This document shows positions 38,361 through 51,388 of a stretch of 64,000 nucleotides of DNA, one piece after another. The stretch spans positions 21,090,458 through 21,154,457 of the forward strand of contig OZ316895.1 in the NCBI GenBank assembly GCA_973895155.1, written 5' to 3'. The first letter of the stretch is position 1, and every line of letters begins with the position of its first letter. The stretch comes from Marsupella aquatica. Taxonomy: Eukaryota; Plantae; Marchantiophyta. The notes beneath the pieces are model-generated. The model was not told the origin of the DNA and did no database searches. It was given only the letters and a program-made list of their open reading frames with translations. Position numbers and translations under genes: made by a program.

Positions 38361-41300
38361 TCCAAGCTCTCTCTCTCTCACACAAAGTTCTCACCTAAGT
38401 GTTCTCTCTTCATGGGATACAAAGAGGGTTATCCCTTCATGAAGAGTCTAGTCAACTAATATTAACTCCGGTTAGCTTACTCTAGTTAACCTAGCCAAGG
38501 TTGAGTCAAAACCCTAACAAACTCCCCCTTGACTCTAGCCTTGAGCTAGTTGCTAGCAATCTGAAGCTAAGATCTGTAGTGAATTGCAATGTCTTGCAAA
38601 ATCACCATGAGAGATAACCTTGGTTAATATGTCAACTGGATTGAATTTACCATCAATCTAAGTGACTAGCTCAACCTTTTCTGCTGACACTGTCTGTCTG
38701 ATGAAGTGATATCGGATATCAATGTGTTTAACTTTGCCATGTGTCATTTGGTTGGCAGCAATGTGTAAAGTACTATTGCTATCACAATGGAAAAGCACAA
38801 TGTGTTGTGTAATCCCCAAATCCTTCACCAAGTTGCTTAACCAAATTGCCTCTTTAGCTGCTTCAGCTGTTGCCACATATTCAGCTTCAGTAGAAGACTG
38901 AGATATGCATTTATGCTTTGTAGACCTCCTGGAACTTACACATCCACCTGCAAAAGTGAAAGTGTATCCTGAGGTGGACTTCCTCTGGTCCAAATCTCCT
39001 CCATAGTCAGAGTCCACATAGCCAATCAATGATTCTGTATCTTCATTGTGTGCATCAAACAATAGTCCAACAGTAGAGGTTCCCTGCAGATAATATAGTA
39101 TCCACTTCACTGCTTCCCAATGTATATTTCCTAGATTAGCCATGTACCTGCTCACCAATCCAACAACATGTGCTATATCGGGTCTGGTACAAACCATAAG
39201 ATACATTAAACTGCCCACAATACTATCATAGGGAACCTTAAACATATGACCTCTCTCAATTGCATCAGTGGGGCAGGATGCAACTGAAAGCTTGAAATGT
39301 GACGCCAAAGGAGTACTCATAGACTTGGCACTTGCCATATTGAACTTGGCAAGAACCTTATTAGTGTACTTACTTTGTGTTAACCACAATTTGTCATTTT
39401 GCCTATCCCTATGAATCTTCATGCCCAATATGCACTTAGCAGCACCCAAATCTTTCATACTAAACTCAGAGCTCAATTGAGCTTTTAGCTTAATAATGTC
39501 AGATTTATTCTTTGCTACTATGAGCATATCATCCATATAAAGAGCTAGCAAAATAAAACCAAAAGTTTCATCATTCACTCTCTTCATGTATAGACAACAG
39601 TCATGCGCACTTTGGATAAATCCGAGTGACAAAATAAATTTTTTGAACCTCTTGTTCCACTGTCTTAACTCTGTTTCAATCCATACAAGGACATTTGTTA
39701 ACGTTCAAAGAACGCCATAAGACATCTAAACTTTTACTGTATCGGTGTCAATTATCTGGCAAGGTTGATCATTCCCCATCAAGACACTTCCGGTAGACAG
39801 TGGATTCATAGGAATGAAAGAAAACTCTTGTCGAAGTCATGTGATAAGAACAAGCAGAACCCAAAATCCAATCAAGTTCATGCACGATAGAAGAATCGGT
39901 GCACAAAGCAAATCCTTCATCATCAGACACAACCAAACTAGCCTGATGAAAAGCAAGTTTTGGTTTATTTTTATAATTCCTTTTGATGTGGTCTGTCTTG
40001 CCACAATTCCAACACTCCACATTTTTTGAATCCAAAGTCTTGGATTATTGAGAGTGTTGAGGAATTGATATTTTTGGTTTAAACCAACTCTTGGTTATCG
40101 ATAAAGCAGAAGAGGAAGCATGAGAGGTTACATGCATTTTCTTCCTATTGTCATCCGCAAGAAGAGTGCTCACCGTCTCATCATAGGAAATATGATCTTT
40201 ACCATAGAGAATGGTCTGAGTCAAATGCTCATACAATTTGGGCAAAGAGATAAGAAGAAACAAAACTTTCTTCTCGTCTTCAACTTTTTCATCGAGAGTG
40301 GCCAACTCGGACACTATCAAGTTAAAGGTATCAATATGATCAGCAAGTTTTGTACCTTCCATCATGTGCAGTGTCATCAATTTCAAGGTTGTGTATAAGC
40401 GAGTTGCCAAAAATTTCTTTTGGTACATCTGTTTGAGTCATTCCCACAGCTTTGTCGGTGAATTCTCAATCAACACTTGGAGTAGAACATCAGATGCCAA
40501 GTGTAATTGGATTAAGCTGAGAGCTCGTGCACAAATGTCCTCCCAATCCTCCTTAGACATCGCCGATGGCTGACTTTTTAATGCTTCGCCCAAACCTTGC
40601 AAAACTAACATGTCTTGCATTGGAACTTGCCATAACGTAAAATTATTGTGGCCAATAAACTTCTTCACCTCATATTTTACACTAGTAACTTTTGATGGAG
40701 CCATTGTACACCCCTAGGACCTTAATGTGCCAAAAAATCACTTTGTAGCTTCTCAATTTCACGCAAATTTGCACAACAGCACACAGCAGCATCAGCCACA
40801 AAATGACCAAAAATGAAAGTTGCTGGAATTGATATCCAAGAGCACTAATGGGTACCCTAGAAGGTATTGGATTTTGTCCCTAAATCCGTTTGCCAAAAAC
40901 ATATCTCAATTGAGATATTTTTACCGCCGAGTAAGGGGGGGTCAAAACGTAAAACTTGGACCCCCGAGGAGAATCAATTCAATCAAATCCGCAAGCAAAG
41001 TCGGTTAGACAAATCGCTTGCATAGGCCTCTACTCAACTCCCTCAAGCATGCCCTTGAAAAATATTTTGTCGATATAACATCGGATAATTTGCCAAAAAT
41101 CTGATTTTGTCACAAAAAAGAGCTTGTTCAAAAAGTATATTTTCCTTAAATTCCCGCAACCCTTGTACAGGCCCCATGGGAAATTTTTCAGAGCTGCCCA
41201 AAGGTTGCCACGTGCCCCCTAGGCCCCCTCAAACCCCTTGTCACCCCCCTCAACCCTTTTTCATGTCCACGCGTCCTCCCGCACAAGTAAATACTTGTGG

Positions 41301-42137
41301 CAAACTTACCCCCCGGTGGAATATTTAAGATACCTCTTTGGGGTTTTAATGAAAACCAAAAACCAATTTAGATTCTGAAACTAGACTTCAAGGCGCTTCA
41401 AATTGATATAAGGAACTCTGGAACCGGTGAAAAATTGAGGGAGATAAAATTTGGACAAGATCGTTGATTTTGACCTAGCCATCATAGCCAGGAATTTTGA
41501 GCTCAACTCAATCCAAGAGTTCTTTGCGATAACTCATTGAAACACATTGATTCATTCACCATCGTATTCCATTGCAACACCACTCTGGTTAACTTACTCT
41601 AGTTAACCTAGCCAAGATTGAGTCAAAACACTAACACTTTCTGGGCAAAGTACATTAATTTGAATATCTAAGTTAGTGTAGCTTATAGGTACAGTAATTT
41701 CTAGGTGAAAGAGATGTACACTAAACTTTGGCTATATGTGAGGTGCTTTCAATTTAGATGACACCTATTGATCTATAATTCCATAAGCATTGGAAACATA
41801 TATTATAAGCAATTAACGGGGCAATTAATGGACATATAAACTCTCCGAGGGTTCACCTTATGAAATTGTTGTATACCATGTTGAGCATAGACGACGATCG
41901 CAACGGCAAGCCTATGAACCATCCAACGCACAATAGTCGACACAAGAGATACGTGGTTCACCTCCTTGAGGCTACGTCCACGGGAACACACAAGAGAGCT
42001 TTACTGAACTCTAAGCCCGTCGGCTATATCGAGTCTCCATAGTGTAAGCTCTCCTTATCTCTCAAGTGGCTCCATAACAATGAGCCTTGGTTCTACCTCT
42101 CCAAGCACACATGCCTCTTATGATATAGTGTGCAACT

Positions 42138-42263
42138 TAGTTGTACCTAACCACATAGTTGTACCTAATCACGTAGTTGTACCTAACCACACAGTTGTAC
42201 CTAATCACGTAGTTGTACCTAACCACATAGTTGTACCAACCCACGTTGTTGTACCAACCACGT
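42138..42263. repeat. 18-bp tandem array (~7 units) in the copia-2 LTR; second copy at ~47415-47540
   Basis: AGTTGTACCTAA(CCACAT/TCACGT) with alternating variants. Confidence 0.92.
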
Positions 42264-42489
42264 CATACCTAACCTAGACGTAAGAGTAAATACCCAACAA
42301 TCTTCCCCTTGACTCTGGTCTAGGGGAGAGTAATACTGCCAATGTATATGATCCCTCAGCGGAAAGTTCTGGACAAAAACCAAACCGGTTTCCCTCTCTA
42401 ACTAGAGCAAACCAGAACTAAGCCGTAGCCTAATACATAGGAATGAGGAAGAGCATATATCAGTAATTACAATGAATGTTAAGAAAACT

Positions 42490-45400
42490 CTACTTGTGAT
42501 GCAATTGCAAAACCTGCAATACGTCACGGTATCTAGAGAAATTCTCCAAAGGAATCACTTTGGTAAATGCGTCAGTCGGGTTGAGTTTACCATCAATCTT
42601 GACTAGCTCAAACAAATTATCAGACACAGCCTGCCTGATAAAATGGTACCTGACGTCAATGTGCTTCACTCTGCTGTCCATCACCTGGTTCACAGCAAGG
42701 TGGAGCGCACTTTGACTATCACAATAGAGCTTCACATTCCCCTGTGGCAATCCCATTTCAGTGATAAGTCTATCCAACCAAATCACTTCCTTTGCTGCTT
42801 TCGCAGCTGCAACATACTCTGCTTCTGTAGTAGATTGAGCAATACACTTCTGCAAAGTAGACCTCCAACTTATGCATCCATCGCCAAGTGTGAACACGTA
42901 TCCTGTTGTTGATCTCCTTCGGTCCAAATCTTGTCCATAGTCAGAATTAACATAGCCAATCATTGATTTAGCATTCTTTGTATTCGCATCAAATAAAAGA
43001 CCATGATCCACGGTACCCTTCAAGTACCTGATAATCCACTTCACTGCTTCCCAGTGTACCTTCCCTGGATTCGACATGTACCTGCTTACCTTGCCCATAG
43101 CCATGGCAAGATCAGGTCTAGTGCAAGTCATCAAATACATGAGACTCCCCACTGCCTTGTCATACGGAACCTTTGACATCAACCCCTTCTCTGTGTCATC
43201 CGTAGGACAGAACGCTGATGATAACTTGAAGTGTGGAGCCAACAGGGTACTTACTGGCTTGCTATTCTCCATGTTGAACCTTGCAATTACCTTCCTCGCA
43301 TAACTGCTCTGCGTCAACCATAGCTTGCCAGCCTCCAAGTCCCTAGTGATCTCCATACCCAAAATCCTCTTAGCTGGCCCTAAGTCCTTCATCTTAAACT
43401 CTGCACTAAGCAGTGCCTTGAGCTTAACAATCTCAGACCTATCCTTGGCTGCAATTAGCATATCATCCACATAAAGTACTAAAACAATGAACCCAAAGAC
43501 AACATTCTTTACCGGTTTCAAATACACACAAGGGTCAAATACACTTCTGTGAAAACCTTGTGACCGAATCCAATCATCAAACCGCTTGTTCCACTATCTT
43601 GGTGACTGCTTCAACCCATACAAGGATTTCAGCAATCTGCAAACCAATTCCTCCTGTCCTCTCTTCACAAAACCTAGCGGTTGTCTCATGAAGATCACCT
43701 CTTCCAATGTGCCATAGAGGAAAGCTGTGACAACATCCATCTGATCTAGCAGAAGACCAAACATTACAACAAGTACACACAATAGTCGTATTGTAGAGTA
43801 CTTAGCAACTGGTGAGAAGACCTCATTGTAATCCACACCTTTCTCTTGTGTGAATCCCTTTGCTACCAACCTAGCCTTGTAGACCTTCGATCCACCTCCT
43901 ATGGAATTATCCTTCAGCTTGTAAATCCACTTGCTGTCCATCACTTGCTGACCCTTAGGCAGCTTAACAAGCTCCCAAGTTTTGTTGTCCTTTAGTGACT
44001 GCATCTCCGTTTGCATTGCTGCAGTCCACTTCTGCTTCTCCTTTGAAGCACTTGCCTCATGAAATGAAGAAGGTTCCCTTTCTTCCAAAATTAGCGCATC
44101 ACCCTCATCATCAGCTGCAAAATCATCCTCTTGCAGTTGAGATGAATCAACCCACTGTCCATACCTTGGTGGAGCGCGTACAGTGCGACCAGATGTTCTT
44201 CTAGCCGATGACTCCGGTTGATCTGCGTGTGCTGGTACAATTTGAAGCTCAACAACATCCACTTGTTGCTCACCAGCATCAACAAACTCCTCTGGTTCTT
44301 CTGGCACAGGAACCAGCTCCATAATTGGAGCAACTCCTTCTCTCCGGTCATGCACCTCATAACCAATCTCCCCCTCAACGAGATCCGGGATAGGAGATTT
44401 TCCTTTGTCAGTACGGGAGACCTGAGTATTCTCCCCCTCCTTCAATAATCTGGATTCATTGAAGGAAACATCCCTACTGATAACGAGCTTACAGGCAATA
44501 GGATCCCATAGCCTATAGGCTTTCACACCACTCTGGTACCCAAGAAAAACACATTTCTTGGAGGTAGGATCCAACTTGGTCCTATTCTGCTTTGGTGTGA
44601 GAGCATATGCATCACTTCCAAAAACTACCAAGCCATGATAGTCTGCTTGCCGCTTATAGCGCATCTCAAATGGCGTTTTGAAATTGATAGCACTAGAAGG
44701 AGAAAGATTTACCAAATAAGTTGCGGTATTGACAGCTTCTGCCCAAAATTCTTGTGGTAAACTTGATTGGCTCAACATACTCCGTGACCGCTCCAACAGT
44801 GTCCGATTGAGCCTCTCAGCGACACCATTCTGCTGTGGAGTATAAACTGTGGTGAGATGGCGAGTTATCCCCTGTTCTGAACAGTACTCTTCAAATTCCA
44901 TTGAAGTGTACTCCCCGCCGTTGTCTGACCTCAGACTCTTCACCCTTGTATCCAAACACTTGATCGTGTTTCCAATCTGATTCTCCACCTGGGCCTTCCA
45001 CTTTTTAAAAATGGACAAGACATCAGACTTATGCGTCATGAAATAAATCCACACAAATCTTGAGTAATCATCAATAAATGATACATAGTACAACTTTCCA
45101 GAGTGTGAGGGAGTCGGGGATGGACCCCACACGTCACTATGTATGTACTCAAGAACCGCTTTGGAACGATGAGTTCCAACACCAAAAGCACGACGATGCT
45201 GCTTTCCAAGAATGCAATGCTCACAAAACTCTAATTTACAAGATTGCAAATCAGAAATGAGTCCATTCTTCCGTAAGATAGCCAAACCCTTCTCACTCAT
45301 GTGGCCTAGCCGTGAATGCCACAGTTGAGTCATCTCCTCGTGAGACTTGGTTACATTGGCCTCTCCACATACAGTATTGCCCTGTAACACATACAAATTC

Positions 45401-46704
45401 TTTTGTCTACTCCCCTTCAAAATCACTGTCTCTCCTGACCTGACTTGAAGTTCACCATCAATAACGCTCCATTGATGACCATTTGAATCCAACACACCGA
45501 GTGAAATCAGATTCTTACGCATGCCAGGTACATACCTGACTCCGGACACTGTGCGCACAACGCCATCAAACATTTGAATCTTCACAAACCCAATTCCCTC
45601 AATTTGACAGGAGTGATCATTTCCCATCAGAACTGAACCGTTTGAAACAGAGTAAGACCTGAAAAACTCACAAATGTAACAAATATGAAAAGAGCAAACA
45701 CAATCAAGAATCCACACATCATCTGCTCTCTTAGATGACGTGCACAGGGCATACCCCCGGCTTCATAAAACATACTCATCATTGAGTAAATCAGCTTCTC
45801 CATCAGCCCTAGCCACATTTGCCGATGAAGTTTCCGCTGCCTTTCCCTTACAGTCTCGCTTGAAGTGTCCAACTTGGTTGCACTTCCAACATGTCACTTG
45901 CCTCCTCTGAGGGGATTTACCTTTGGACTTAGATCTGGATTTAGATCTAAACTGGGTTCTACGATCCCCAGTTGGTCGCTGCATACTCCTCCCACTGTTA
46001 ACATTGAGGGCAACACCAGATGATGAAGGCTGTGACGTGATGTGCATCTTCTGTTGAAGATCATCACTAAGCAGAGAACTTACCACGTCATTGTATGAAA
46101 TGGTATCCCTATCACGATGCAACAACACTCGTGATAGGGACTGGTAAGATGGAGGCAATGAACTAAGAAGCTGCAAAGCCTTTGTCTCATCATTCAAAGT
46201 CTCCCCAAGGTTTTCCCAGTCAACGACCATGTCATTGAAAGCATCCACATGGTCTTGCAACTTCGTAGCGGATTCCTTCATCCTAAAACTCATCAGTTTG
46301 TAGGAAGTGTAGAGCCGGTTCGACAACTCCTTGCGGTGATACTTGCTCTGCAATTCCGCAAACAAGGACATGCAATCCTTATGTGCACCCAACTGCTTGA
46401 TGATGGGAGACATGAGATAGAGTGTAACACACCACACTCCCTACTCATGCATGCGGTCCCATTGTTTCTCATCAACATCGTCTTCACGAGGGCTCAACAG
46501 TTGGCCCATCCCTGACGCATAGAGCACTCCCTTCACCTGCTTCTCCCATAGCAAGTAGTCAGAGCGCCCATCATACTTTGTCACCTCATACTTGGGTCCC
46601 CCAAGCTTGAAAGTCCCCATCTTCTTCTTTGGCACTACCGTGAGCTCCGGTAGTAGTAGTGCTTCCTCCACCACACGCCGCACCGGTGATGGTATCGGTG
46701 TCAC
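42490..46704 (-). pseudogene. copia-2 gag-pol polyprotein with three in-frame stop codons
   Basis: Single frame throughout: CWKCNQVGHFKRDC, WHSRLGH, HSDVWGP, RSDNGGEY, PQQNGVAER, YKARLVAKG, YVDDML, KHIDVRYHF. Stops at 46443-46441 (TAG), 45765-45763 (TGA) and 43596-43594 (TAG). Confidence 0.93.
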
Positions 46705-47830
46705 GTGCTCTTCCTCTTGCTCCTCTCTCTGCCCCTTGTCAACAACGAATGTTGATCAATTGCACTTGATGCCGTCACCAAGTCCAACAAGGTAATTGAT
46801 TTTGCTTAGCCTTCCTCTTTGCATCAAAGAGCCAATCCCGGACTCAAAACAATCGTCTTGCCTCAATCTCTCCTTTGAGTCAAAACACTTGACGCTTCTC
46901 CCTCCGAGTCGATTGCCAACTTTCTTCACAAAATCCAGAACGACGAAAACTTAGATCTTTCTGCACCACGAGCTCTGTTCAGCGATTTCTTCACACCGTT
47001 AGAAAGCTCTTGCCCTGATCTATCCGTTGAGCCCATAAACTCCAAGTTTCATGCGATGGAACTCCGGGAAATCCACCGACACTCAACGCTAAAAAAACCG
47101 TCATGAAATCCCGTCACGAACACACGTCACCTCCCAAGCATGCTCTGATACCAATTGTTGAGCATAGACGACGATCGCAACGGCAAGCCCATGAACCATC
47201 CAACGCACAATAGTCGACACAAGAGATACGTGGTTCACCTCCTTGAGGCTACGTCCACGGGAACACACAAGAGAGCTTTACTGAACTCTAAGCCCGTCGG
47301 CTATACCGAGTTTCCATAGTGTAAGCTCTCCTTATCTCTCAAGTGGCTCCATAACAATGAGCCTTGTTTCTACCTCTCCAAGCACACATGCCTCTTATGA
47401 TATAGTGTGCAACTTAGTTGTACCTAACCACATATTTGTACCTAATCACGTAGTTGTACCTAACCACATAGTTGTACCTAATCACGTAGTTGTACCTAAC
47501 CACATAGTTGTACCAACCCACGTTGTTATACCAACCACGTCATATCTAACCTAGACGTAAGAGTAAATACCCAACATACCATGTGCGAACGCCCCTATTT
47601 AATCACTCTCTCAAAAAGGAATAGGAAGCTCAAAAAACCCATCAATCATTTTTTGACACGTGGCAAGCAATGAATCATGTGATGACAAGTGACACTTTTT
47701 GAATTGTTAGGTACCCCTTACTTACTTCCTCGCTACTTCTAAGTGCTTCCCTAAAATGAATAAAATGCCCCTTACTTCGTTCGCACATGATGTCAACATT
47801 TGTGGAAGTGACCCCCCCCCCCCCCCCGAG

Positions 47831-47965
47831 TATAAACTATACTACATGGATAAATAATTGAGTCCATGACACCTATTGATCTATAATTCCATAAGCATTG
47901 GAAACATATATTATAAGCAATTAATGGACATATAAACTATACTACATGGATAAATAATTGAGTCC
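47831..47965. repeat. ~100-bp tandem duplication preserving the empty insertion site of MITE C
   Basis: 47866-47930 repeats ~41758-41834 and is followed by a single TATAAACT and then the right-flank sequence ATACTACATGG. Confidence 0.85.
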
Positions 47966-49287
47966 CAGTTGTATTGACTGTAAAGTATACAACTGAGCAT
48001 ATATTATTAACATATTATTATATATTGACTGTAAAGTATGTAATTAAAAGATTAATTAAGGAAATCAGGATAAGGGTCTCATAATTGAAAAAAAATGCAC
48101 ACGAGGTCTAACATACCTTTTAGAGAAAGAACCCAAGGAGTTGAAAATTACTAAATTGAAAATAACATAGTCAAGTAAGAGAATCAAAGTCCTAGACTAG
48201 ATTGCCTTAAAAATACATAACAAGAAATTATAATAAGACAAGATAACTAGGAGGTGCAAGATCGAAATATGACATATATAGGGTGTATGACATCCCTCCA
48301 TACCATGATAAACCTTGTTATTTTTTTATATCAATTGTATGTTACCACATTTGAATGTGTGATTACTGGAAGCGGAGGTACGTACGCCGCCACATAGGAG
48401 TGATATACATAGTTTGTTAATTTTGTGCCCACGTAGATTTGAATCAATTGATAGCTTTTGCATAGAATTAGGACTAGCTCACCAAATGAATGAAGATGTG
48501 TAATCATGACCCCTGCCATGATCCTTCAATCATTGCAACTGAAAGGCTAACTTAGAATGGTAGCTTTATAAAAGCTCTCTCTCTCTCTCTCACAGAATCT
48601 TCAATGCAACAAAAGACTTCTTGCTCACTGGAAAGGTGCAGAGACATTCATACGTAATCACTCAGGCCCGTTCTTCATGGGGAAACAGTTTTTGCCTTGA
48701 AACAGAAAGAAGATCCATGCATTAGATGATCATCGTTGGAGCATGCATGCAACACTGTAGAGTAGCCCACGAGGGGGGACAATGCCCATGGACCCAGGAA
48801 TGGGCCATACTAGGGTGGAGGGACATAAGGTTAAATCATAGTCCCAAAGTGGCCAATCAAGGGTGAAGAAGATAACCAACACTGCCATGCACGGCCCCAT
48901 GTGCAACCCACCCGGCTGCACACACACATATATATATATATAGTGCTAGGATATATAAATGGCTGTGGGGAGAGGAGTTCATCAGCCCTTGAGAATGTTG
49001 GAGCCAATTAACAACCAGGGTTTAGTATGTTCATATAGGTGTGGGGACATATGAAAGCGTAAATGATAACCCGAGTTCTCACCATGATTTTCTACCGTCA
49101 AAACTAAGGATTTTTTAATTGTTTTGTGTCGCCCACATCCCACTTGGACTTGAACCCGGGAACTGGTGGACCCCAAGTTTACTACTCGGGATTCGTTGTC
49201 TTTACTCGCTTTGAACAACCAAGAACTAGCTGGTGGACCCCAAGATCATTAAGTCTTGGGATTGAATACCCAGGCAGAAGTTTGAAC

Positions 49288-49600
49288 CTCGGGGCCTTTG
49301 GGGGCCTCATTCCAAGGGATATCTCCCCGGATATCTCATATCATGTGCAAAGTTGTTGAGTAAGAAACACCCTACACATAAGAAAAGTAAGTTTATTTTA
49401 GTATATTCTACTTAGGTACCTTTATGGAAATTCTAGGAATATTCCAAAATTTGGTAGTAAAAATCCTGTAATTCTTATAAATCTCAAAATTGGATTCAAA
49501 CACCCTTAGTTTATATTCTTCAACAACACTTAAAGTCTTCTGGCCAATCAAATTAAAAACGCCCCTAACTTATTTGTGCGCAATGGGTAGGAAGTGGGGT
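49288..49600 (+). mobile_element. Degenerate copy of the MITE-like family
   Basis: GGGGGCCTCATTCCAAGGG, CATATCA, GAATATTCCAAAA, TCTCAAAATTGGATT and AATGGGTAGGAAG match element A. No clear TSD. Confidence 0.6.
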
Positions 49601-51388
49601 ACGTAGGAAGCAAGAAGTGATTGAGGATCTGAACTAGCAGGATACAACTTGAGTGATTGAAACAAAGTGCATGGACCTTGGACTTAAACGGAAAAATATT
49701 ATTCAGTACTCTATAGAATTTCCACCCTCACAATATGTGTCCACCCTCAGTAGACTTTGCGGCGGGCATCGGGTTCCAGTTGCAATGCCTGAGGCTCATG
49801 CTAATGGGCTCATATGCAGGGCATGGAGTATGAGTTTCCCTTCCACTTCCCTAAGGGTGTTGTCCCCCTCCCTTGAAACACTGTTGTGGACACAATTACT
49901 ATTTGTCCACTGAAACTTCCTTCATCAATTTTGATGTTTGGCGAGTCCTAATAACATGTTTTTCTCAATAAAGTATACCCTGGTTCGGGCCCTGGTTTCC
50001 TTGGAGACTTGACTTGGAAATCACTCCAAACATAACCCTAAATCAGCTGTGAACCAACCCCCTCTAGATAATATAATTATTACTTTGCCAGATTTGGAAG
50101 AAGTTCAGCTAAAGACTTGATGGGCCCCTCTAGGGTTTGAACTTGCTTTGATCACAGTTAAATTGCTTGCTTGGTAATATTAGGCATTTAATCTAGCTTA
50201 GGTCTAAGTAGAGTTGTGTAGCCACAATTAGTCAAGCCATAGTCAAGTGCTTGGTTATGATTAGATGTGCAACTACTATTTACACTAGCAGGATTTAACT
50301 AATGAGTGGAACTTATGCTCATTGTTATAGAGTCAATTGGGAGATAGAAATAGCTTAGTCTGTGCAGACTCAATATGGCCTACCTGCTTAGAGTTCAGTA
50401 AAACTCTATTGTGTATATGATTGTTCAATGATGTTGCTTATGTGCATGTTGTGCTATGAGTATGGTTGTTATAATCAATACGTACCATGTAGCCCTCTTT
50501 TCCCTATCAGCCTATTTTTCAAGGTTTTGCCTGTTTTGCCTCTAGATAAGGCTACCTGGTGTGAAATAGAACATATATTTAAATGTTTTTCTTTATATCA
50601 TTTTCTTAGATTTTATTATTGACTCTGATTTTCCTACATTTAATGAGAACCTTCAGATTCCGGAGGTAGGAAAGTGGCAGCTAATGGAAACAACAAGCTG
50701 GTAAGTTTTGCCAAAAGTGTACTATAAGTTTAGTGTGAAAGTTAGACTTAAACAAGTTGGTTCCTGCCCTCCTTCCAATAGTGACTTTTCCAATGTAATT
50801 TAGTGCTCTCCTTCTAGTACGTCCCCATTTTCAATGAATTTTCAGCAAAAATGATTACTTTGGGGTTTGGTCAAAACAATGATAAATTGCTGCCTTTTGT
50901 TTTTTCTTGTTTCCATGCCTCCTTGGGCTGTGAATAATTAAAGGGCTACTACATTTATAACTGTTGCTATCCCATGAAAGAAATCATATTCCTTGCTCTT
51001 ATGTTGGAAAATTGAAATTCTCTTTCATAATTGATTTCCCAATTTCCTCCCCACTAAAATTATTCACCATTTTGGGCAAAAATTAGGTAGTGTTTTCTCC
51101 ATTAGCCACTTTCCCACTTAGCCACAAACCCCATTTGCCAGAATCTGAAGGTTCTTGTTAATCTAGGAAGATCTGTTGGTAAAAAACATATCAAAGAAAT
51201 ATTGTTGGAATTTTCTACTTCACATGGTAACATTCTCCACTTGGGAAAAAAGGCAAAATATTGAAAAGTACCCTTGGTACGGATAAGAGGCTACAAAATA
51301 CCAAGCACATTAGCTGCGAAACAGGTTCTAATCCCTCCACACCCTGGTTTGAACTGACGCACAAGTTATCGTGTTGCCGGACATAACA

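Larger units (their letters stand above)
37580..41636 (-). mobile_element. Defective Ty1/copia LTR retrotransposon (copia-1)
   Basis: TSD CTTTC at 37575-37579 and 41637-41641. 3' LTR 37580-38519 (TG...CA, interrupted by MITEs) with polypurine tract at ~38521-38530. Only ~55 bp of the 5' LTR survive (41582-41636). Fragmented gag with CWNCGKTDH zinc knuckle, protease-like WILGSACSYHM, RT YMDDML and RNase H (38658-39632). Integrase is deleted. Confidence 0.92.
41879..47576 (-). mobile_element. Full-length Ty1/copia LTR retrotransposon (copia-2)
   Basis: 421-bp LTRs at 41879-42299 and 47156-47576 (TG...CA); TSD TACCA at 41874-41878 and 47577-47581; tRNA-iMet PBS TGGTATCAGAGC (47142-47153); polypurine tract at ~42300-42310; domain order gag-PR-IN-RT-RH. 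Confidence 0.98.
41843..47830 (+). mobile_element. MITE-like element C, split by the copia-2 insertion
   Basis: 8-bp TSD TATAAACT (41835-41842 and 47831-47838); ends CTCCGAGGGTTCAC / GTGAC(C)nGAG. The last ~60 bp closely match the end of element B. Confidence 0.82.

Noticed and set aside
42080-42277. VVPNH-repeat ORFs (also 47357-47554) and a CRISPR-like look
   Set aside because: These are translations of the 18-bp LTR tandem array. There are no unique spacers or cas genes, and the context is eukaryotic.
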